A DNA stretch of 13,845 nucleotides, taken from Octopus sinensis. Lineage: Eukaryota. The notes under the pieces are model-generated. The model made no database searches and was not told the DNA's origin. It saw nothing but the letters and a program-made list of their open reading frames with translations. The position numbers and the translations under genes are program-made. How positions within the stretch are numbered: the stretch's first letter is position 1; every line of letters starts with the position of its first letter. The stretch covers positions 1-13,845 of the forward strand of contig NW_021825919.1 in assembly GCF_006345805.1 (NCBI RefSeq), in the 5' to 3' direction. This document shows, piece by piece, positions 7,671-13,845 of this stretch.

Positions 7671-7702
7671 TTGTCTGCCATTGAGAAAAATTCTTGCTTT
7701 AG
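7671..7702 (+). CDS. Candidate coding micro-exon (32 nt, phase 0 to 2): LSAIEKNSCF(R); product unknown
   Basis: Acceptor ...TTTGAC...CCTTTCTTACAG and donor AG|GTAATA. The phase-0 reading is open and ends in phase 2, the only open phase of exon 10998-11061. Confidence 0.55.
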
Positions 7703-8045
7703 GTAATAGGTACTGGAAAAAAAAAACCCAACAATCATTTCATGGTGAACTCTGGCTGAAAGATGAATGCATTTCTTGCTACTTGGCAATCATCAGCACT
7801 TTTCTGCCTGAAGGTGTCATTAATTGACTGTTGGTGTTTTCCAACACATTTCCTAAAGTGAGTATTTTCCTCAACAGAAAACCATAGTGAAAATTGCCTT
7901 TGTACTGGTTAAATATTCTTAAGTATGTTTGAACTGATCTAAATGTTTGTTTGCTTGAGCAACACTATTTTCACATTCGTACTACAATATTTTGTTCTGT
8001 CCTTTGTCAGTGTTGCTATATTTTCAAGTCATGTTTTGCCATTTA

Positions 8046-8409
8046 TCTCTATATATATAAATGGCAAAATGTCTGTGTGTGTGTCTTTTATACAAATCCA
8101 CAATTTTTCAGTTAGAGGGCTTGCACTTTCTATGGTCATTCAAAACCATCCAAGGGTGGTCGTGCACATCTTTACATTTCCCCAGTCACCCCGCAAAGCC
8201 ATTAAAATATCAATAGAAGTGATTTTTCTGTGAATTTTCTATCCAAAACCCAATCAAAATGCCCGAAACTTAATACGCCAATTGAATGCCAGCTAGCTGT
8301 ATGTGATTGGTCGGAGATTTGGACAGTACTCATGTGTATGTGCGCACGCACGCAGCTGTATATGCATGCATTAGCACTATGACCCGGTGTTGCCAGGTCA
8401 TAGTGCTAG
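8046..8409 (+). mobile_element. Non-autonomous Helitron, copy 2 (364 bp)
   Basis: A8045|TC... ...hairpin...CTAG|T8410; collinear with copies 1 and 3. Confidence 0.92.
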
Positions 8410-8961
8410 TTTAGTATAAAATGGTTTCCAAAGTCATTTCAGTGTGCTGATGATTGCCAAAAAGCTAGAAATACATTTGCTGCTTCTGCCTGAGGGTGCC
8501 TTGAGCGTGGGCTGTTGCCTAAAATTGGATTATTCTCAGTGGCACGCAGCAGTCAATATAAGCTTTGCAAAGTCAGATGTAGTCCAAACATGAACTGATC
8601 TAAATGTTTATTTACTCACAACACTGTTCTTATTGACAATAACCTGCACTATAAAAATAGCAATATTTTAAATGATTTTAATCTTCTCACTGTCTTAGGC
8701 TGATAAAAATTTTACACCTTCCATCAGGTAGTAAGTGACCAGACTGATTTAGTTATAAATTTACCATTGAAAACTATACTTAACAATTGCTTGATATCTA
8801 ACTTGATGATACGATGGTTCTAGAAACAATTTTCAAATTAGGTTACATTAATGATACATAAATATATAAAGCAATGAACAAGTTAAAGTAAAAATTTTTC
8901 AAATGGCATTGTTTTTCCATTGCAAAATTGTTTTCTTTAGCTGGAATATATATGTGTTTCA

Positions 8962-8964
<3 letters not shown>

Positions 8965-8992
<28 letters not shown>

Positions 8993-9018
8993 TCTATATA
9001 TATATATATATATATATA
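8965..9018. repeat. (AT)n microsatellite, interrupted
   Basis: Direct reading. Confidence 0.9.
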
Positions 9019-9219
9019 AATGGATGAATGAATTATTCTTTGTTTACTGTTAACATGGAAAATTCAATAAACAGTTACCAGGGTAACTTTCTTTCCTGAT
9101 GAGAAGATTGCATTTTTACTGTTTATTCTTTTGGAATAAAACCAATGTTGTCTTCGAACATATGTTGAAAGTAAAAGAATTTGAATAGCATCATCTACGT
9201 TCAACTCCATTTATTTACT

Positions 9220-9224
<5 letters not shown>

Positions 9225-9268
<44 letters not shown>
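9225..9268. repeat. (TA)n microsatellite
   Basis: Direct reading. Confidence 0.95.
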
Positions 9269-9270
<2 letters not shown>

Positions 9271-9434
9271 CATTTTAATGTTCATTGTCCATAATGTCAT
9301 AGAATGGATGGTTTGACTAGAGCTGCACCAGACTCCAGTCTGATTTAGCTTGGTTTCTACAACTGGATGCCATTCCTAATGCCAACAACTTTACAGTGTA
9401 TGCTGGGTGCTTTTACATGGGACCACACAGGCAC
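9268..9434 (-). mobile_element. Retroposon family C, degenerate copy in reverse orientation
   Basis: The reverse complement contains GTAAAAGCACCCAGCATACACTGTAAAGTTGTTGGCATTAGGAATGGCATCCAGTTGTAGAAAC...TCAGACTGGAGTCTGGTGCAGC...CCATCC. Confidence 0.8.
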
Positions 9435-9453
9435 TTCTATGTGACACTGCATA

Positions 9454-9571
9454 TGTGTGTGTGCATGTGTATATAATTTAATATAATATATATATATATA
9501 TACACACATATATATATACATATATATATACATATATATATATATATACGTATATATATATACATACATAT

Positions 9572-9602
<31 letters not shown>

Positions 9603-9637
9603 ATATATATAGTGTGTGTATATATATTATATATATA

Positions 9638-9680
<43 letters not shown>

Positions 9681-9681
9681 G
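9454..9681. repeat. Complex (TA)n/(TG)n/(CA)n microsatellite block
   Basis: Direct reading. Confidence 0.95.
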
Positions 9682-10074
9682 TTTTATCATTAATCAAAAT
9701 GTTAGGGTAGTAAGAATATTTATCAAAAAAAATTCTTAGCTACCAGTGGTCTAGCGAGAAGGAACAAATTTAGTCAATAGACTATACATTATTCAGAGAA
9801 GAATACAGCATACATTCAAACACATAAGAGATACCCAAAGAATAGGATATCTGACTCACTAGAAAGAGCAGTTAAACTCCTAGCCACTAATTATTGTAAT
9901 TCTGAAAGTGATTGAAAGATAAAAACTTTTACCTTAATCCTAGACCCTGCAAGGTTTCTGCAGACTTAAATACAGATTGAAATAAAATAATTTCAATCTA
10001 TATCTGGCGCTGCTTCATCAGTAGGTAGCCAGGATCGAACATATATATACGGAGCTATAAATGATCAGCCATGT

Positions 10075-10492
10075 GTTCTTGGCAACGGATCTGATTGACT
10101 TGCAGAGATTGCTGTCAATCATGGTCTGGATCTCACCAACAAATTCAGGTGTTCTTTTCTTATCAGAATGATCAGAGTGAGTTTTCTGAGTTCTATACAT
10201 TCATAATCACTATTAGACTCATCCAACACTTTCCAAATCCTCTGCACTGTCCTCAGATTAACACCCAAACACTCTGAAATGCTTGTATTGGAGATTCTGG
10301 TGTGAATGCCAAGAAGTACGGCATGTTGTTTCCAAATTTTTGGCCGAGCGAATTGCATCATGGTGCTATTTTTCTCACAGATGGTACCCAACTGACCCTA
10401 CTATACTGTGTAGTTGAAAAAATCAAAAACAAACAAGGCACATGCATGAAATTAAAAATATACAATGGTGACAATTTACCCATCACACCCTG
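10075..10492 (-). mobile_element. 5' fragment of an IS630-Tc1-mariner transposon (probably maT/DD37D-like), frameshifted and truncated
   Basis: Minus strand TA|CAGGGTGTGATGGGTAAATTGTCACCATT (TIR ~10492-10464; TA at 10493-10494). ATG at 10361 gives MMQFARPKIWKQHAVLLGIHTRISNTSISECLGVNLRTVQRIWKVLDESNSDYE. After a frameshift near 10195 it continues RTQKTHSDHSDKKRTPEFVGEIQTMIDSNLCKSIRSVAKN, a bipartite HTH-type N-terminus. The catalytic domain is absent, so the subfamily is inferred. Confidence 0.8.
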
Positions 10493-10497
10493 TATAT

Positions 10498-10499
<2 letters not shown>

Positions 10500-10527
<28 letters not shown>
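10500..10527. repeat. (AC)n microsatellite
   Basis: Direct reading. Confidence 0.95.
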
Positions 10528-10530
<3 letters not shown>

Positions 10531-10536
10531 AGTTGT

Positions 10537-10675
10537 AGGCATGGTTGTGTGTGTAAGAAGTTTGCTTCACAGTGATGAAACTTTGGGTTCAGTCCCACTA
10601 CAGGCGTCTTGAGCATGTGCCTTCTACTATAACCTTAGGTCAATAAATGCCTTGTGAGGGAATTCAGCGGCAGAC
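10537..10675 (+). mobile_element. SINE family E, degenerate 5' part
   Basis: AGGCATGGTTGTGTGTGTAAGAAGTTTGCT...GGGTTCAGTCCCACT...CTTGAGCATGTGCCTTCTACTATAACCTT; collinear with 6087-6230. Confidence 0.75.
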
Positions 10676-10997
10676 GCTATGTGTGTGTATGTGTGCACAC
10701 TAATACATAAACGGCTGTCTGTTTATCTGTCTGTCTGTCTCTGTCACTCTCTCTCTCTCTCTCTCTCTCTGTGCATACTATATCATATATGCATATATGT
10801 TGAAGGTTAATTTCTAACAATTTGTATATACTCTTGTGTCTGGGGAGAGTCATTCTCTTTTACTGCCTTATAATTTAACACACTCACCGGTAAACTTTCC
10901 ACTTATTTCTTTTTTAATTTTTCTAAAATTCTTGTTGCATCTCGTAACCTTTTCAATAGTTTTGACCCTAATTCGTATATATTTTTTCATGTTATAG

Positions 10998-11061
10998 GCT
11001 GGATAAAGCACAGCAAGAACAAAATCTAAATGACAGACTAAAAGATGTTGAAGGAATTGAG
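10998..11061 (+). CDS. Coding exon (64 nt, phase 2 to 0): (R)LDKAQQEQNLNDRLKDVEGIE; product unknown
   Basis: Acceptor ...ATTTTTTCATGTTATAG and consensus donor GAG|GTGAGT. Only one of three frames is open, and the sequence is purine-rich and non-repetitive. Confidence 0.72.
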
Positions 11062-11464
11062 GTGAGTAGATGGGTTGGATTTATTTCCATTTAATTTTCA
11101 AATTAAACCATTTTTTTTTTTGTCTTTTATTCATCTTGCTCCAATTTTTTTGTTTTTAACTTCCTTCTTGAAATCCACAATATCACGTCTTGAACATAGG
11201 GAACAAGTCTCTCATGGTGGCCTTAAGTTCTCTGTATAGCAAAGACTGGGATTCTGAAACTACTGCACATGCTGATATCCTAGAATAAGGAGCCACCAAC
11301 CACTGGGCCAAACAATATTACACTGTGGATCATTTGGTATTGGGCCACACAAAAAGTATAAAGTTTTAAGTTTTATATTTTTATTTTATTATCATAGTCT
11401 ACAACGAAATTATAGCAAAAATGAAGTGCATAACATACAATATAATAATTATGTTCACGTTATA

Positions 11465-11829
11465 TCTCTCTATATATAAACAGCAAAATGCCTGTCTGTG
11501 TGTGTATCCTTTATACAAATCCACTATTTTTCAGGTAGAGGGCTCGCACTTTCTATGGTCATTCAAAACCGTCCAAGGGTGGTCGTGCACATCTTTACAT
11601 TTCCCCAGTCACCCCGCAAAACCATTAAAAAATCAATAGAAGTGACATTTTTGTGAATTTTTTTATCCAAAATCCAATTAAAATGCCCGAAACTTCATAC
11701 GTCAATTGAATGCCAGCTAGCTGTATGTGATTGGTCGGAGATTTGGACAGTACTCGCGTGTATGTGTGCACGCAGCTGGACATGCATGCACTAGCACTAT
11801 GACCCAGCATTGGCGGGTCATAGTGCTAG
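11465..11829 (+). mobile_element. Non-autonomous Helitron, copy 3 (365 bp)
   Basis: A11464|TC... ...CTAG|T11830; perfect 16-bp stem ACTAGCACTATGACCC / GGGTCATAGTGCTAGT; collinear with copies 1 and 2. Confidence 0.92.
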
Positions 11830-11846
11830 TTTATAATAGTAGTGAA

Positions 11847-12190
11847 GAGGTATAGCTCAGTGGTTAGAGCATCAGGTTCACAATCATACAGTCATGAGGT
11901 AGTGAGTTCGATTCCTGGACCGGGCTGTGTGGTGTGTTCTTGAGCAAGACACTTTATTTTATGTTGCTCCAGTTAACTTAGCTATAAAAATGGGTTGTGA
12001 CGTCACTGGTGCCAAGCTGTCTTTGTCTTTCCCTTGGATAACATTGGTGGCATGGACAAGGGAGGCTGATATGCATAGGCGACTGCTGGTCTTCCATTAA
12101 CAACCTTGCTCGGACTTGTGCCGTGGAGTGGAACTTTCTAGATGCAATCTCATGATCATTCATGACTGAAGTGGGGGTCTTTATATTTAT
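11847..12190 (+). mobile_element. tRNA-derived CORE-SINE (family F)
   Basis: A-box TAGCTCAGTGG (11853-11863) and B-box GAGTTCGATTCC (11904-11915). CORE-like GTGTTCTTGAGCAAGACACTTTA...CCAGTT...TATAAAAATGGG (~11931-11994) resembles the MIR CORE GTGACCTTGGGCAAGTCACTT...CAGTTT...TGTAAAATGGG. The 3' end is approximate. Confidence 0.8.
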
Positions 12191-12851
12191 AACAATTCAC
12201 ATATATTGTGCATGTTATCATGTTTTGTTATATACATGATTCCGTCATCTGTGGAAAAAATGCTTACATGAGACTAGTGCTGAGTGCAAAGATGGTTGGG
12301 GACTGCTGTCTTAGACAACATCTAAAAAAAAAAAGAAAGAAAAAAAAAAGCCATCTGACTACATGGTATGAAGTTACTTACCTACATATGCCAAATTCCA
12401 ACCCTCAGGTGTGATATCTTTTCTCTCCACATTTTTCATCTGTTGGTGTTGTGCCAACCCCATTTGTCACTCTTTTTTTCTCAATACCTTCTCCACCATA
12501 CCCCCTACAGTGACCACTACAATCAGTTTTTTTGCCTGGAACAACCAACTCATTGGAATTCCTTCCTTGTTGACGTTTACCTGTGGCGATACACTTGCAA
12601 TTAAAGGAGCATTCATCATATTGACCTTATTTTCATATCAGAATACCTACTGAGTCCATGTCCACAATCCTTTCTTCTATGCCCAAATCACGAGAAAAAA
12701 AATTATGGTTTAAAAAAATAAAGCAAAAAGATGACTGCAAAATGTGAATTAATTCACTTTTTAATTACTAAAAAGATTGATGTAACTTACGCCCTACATT
12801 AGTGTAAAACATGTCTGAGACATGTTTTATGTTCTTTCTTTTGTGTGATAG

Positions 12852-12924
12852 CAAAATATTCTGAATGTTAATATCAGTTCCCAAGTGGGTCACAAAATTT
12901 TTATGATATCTACAGCATTGAAAG
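12852..12924 (+). CDS. Coding exon (73 nt, phase 0 to 1): QNILNVNISSQVGHKIFMISTALK; product unknown
   Basis: Long pyrimidine tract TTTTATGTTCTTTCTTTTGTGTGATAG and donor AAG|GTGAGC. The only open frame is phase 0, matching the end phase of exon 10998-11061. Confidence 0.65.
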
Positions 12925-13364
12925 GTGAGCGAGACCAGGAAGCCTAGTTCACTTCTAGAATAAACCTGATTATATATATCATCATCATCATCTGTTTTGC
13001 TATAGTTAATCTCTTTTTTTTTTTTTAATGTTTCTATTCTGTATGTTCTCTGTTAAATTCTAATGGGTCCACTGACAACTGAGAGTCCTTTGTTACCTTT
13101 TGGGTTTTTTAAAAATTGATTTAAAGCTTTTAATTAGTTTGTGATTGAATTTTTTTCTTTTAGTTGATTTCTCTTGCATCAGACTGTTGCTGTCATACAA
13201 GTGGTGTTAGTCATTTCTAATATTCTGTGGAAACCTGTTTGGTCAAGGAGAAATGTCACAAATATATTTTTCAGTTTTATGACCTGGAAAAAAAAAGTGC
13301 AATGCCCTCATTAGTGTTTGAACTTATGACTTACTTATTATTGTGTTGCATCTTCTCTTGACAG

Positions 13365-13383
13365 AAATTTAACTCAGACAATT
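13365..13383 (+). CDS. Candidate 19-nt micro-exon (KFNSDN in phase 0) or start of a terminal exon (E-I-stop in phase 1)
   Basis: Strong acceptor ...GCATCTTCTCTTGACAG and perfect donor GTAAGT at 13384. The reading depends on which upstream exon is joined. Confidence 0.35.
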
Positions 13384-13694
13384 GTAAGTTTTTATAACAT
13401 GAGTTTACGGGAGCTTTCTTACGACCCATTAATTTGTAACTTGACTAGTAGCTATTAAAGTGAGAAAGAAAGTGTCGATTTTATTGTGGGATGACTCGAG
13501 AAATCTTTGTTATCTCATTGTACACCATTCCCTTGTTTGTATGTAAACTTTCAATTGTTTGTATTGTTGAATGAGAAAGGAGGGTTCCAGCTGAGATAAT
13601 ATCTGAACAAGGCCCCCACCCTCCTGTTCTTGAAGTGGAGTCAACAATGCAATTTTAGATTATACTCAGATTTATCTATGTTGTGCAGAGAGAA

Positions 13695-13845
13695 GACTTT
13701 GCTACCACTTCTCTAAGTTTACATAAGATACCCCCGTTTCACATAATACTGAAGATCATGTAGCTAAACCCCTTCACCAAAAAGAATTTGCTACCATTTC
13801 TCTAAGTTTATGTAACATATCCTCATTCCACATAATATTGAAGAT
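13695..13845 (+). repeat. ~89-bp degenerate tandem repeat, truncated by the window end
   Basis: TTTGCTACCA.TTCTCTAAGTTT...CACATAATA.TGAAGAT starts at 13698 and again at 13787. Confidence 0.8.

Noticed and set aside
9974-10022. Minus-strand CTGATGAA hammerhead-like core next to a 10-bp inverted repeat (9974-9983 / 9991-10000)
   Set aside because: The sequence between the core and the next GAAA does not form stem II, and no stem I is evident.
1063-10570. Many supplied ORFs rich in Y/I/C/V/H/T (e.g. 1063-1386, 5424-5826, 6967-7373, 9357-9697, 10358-10570)
   Set aside because: They are translations of (TA)n/(TG)n/(CA)n microsatellites, which lack stops in some frames.
11847-11925. Possible tRNA gene (good A and B boxes)
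   Set aside because: No proper acceptor stem, an insertion in the anticodon/variable region, and direct continuation into a CORE-like body; this is a SINE head.
12330-12800. ORFs 12368-12604 and 12411-12653 and a possible old DNA-transposon remnant
   Set aside because: No recognisable domain, terminal repeats or second copy in the window.

Overview
This is AT-rich, microsatellite-dense eukaryotic genomic DNA, not prokaryotic: there are no operons, CRISPR arrays or rRNA. The SINE families look like those of octopus (coleoid cephalopod) genomes; this is recognition from memory, not a database result. The window appears to be mostly intronic sequence of a + strand protein-coding gene of unknown identity. 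Three short, phase-concordant GT-AG exons are reasonably supported (7671-7702, 10998-11061, 12852-12924) and two are weaker (885-1017, 13365-13383). The introns are packed with transposon relics: three ~365-bp non-autonomous Helitrons (TC...hairpin-CTAG, A|T target), a Hsmar1-like mariner relic split by Helitron copy 1, an N-terminal IS630-Tc1-mariner (probably maT/DD37D-like) fragment with its TIR, a three-level nested SINE cluster, CORE-like tRNA SINEs, several (GAT)n-tailed retroposon fragments, and two Penelope-like repeats with a degenerate hammerhead-like fold. Most ORFs in the supplied track are microsatellite or repeat artefacts. No convincing novel gene system is evident. The most unusual signals are mechanistic: a fold-back (snap-back) 5' SINE junction with a 19-nt TSD, repeated SINE-into-SINE insertion at the same motif, a Helitron 3' hairpin that extends through the terminal CTAG, and the hammerhead-like motif.
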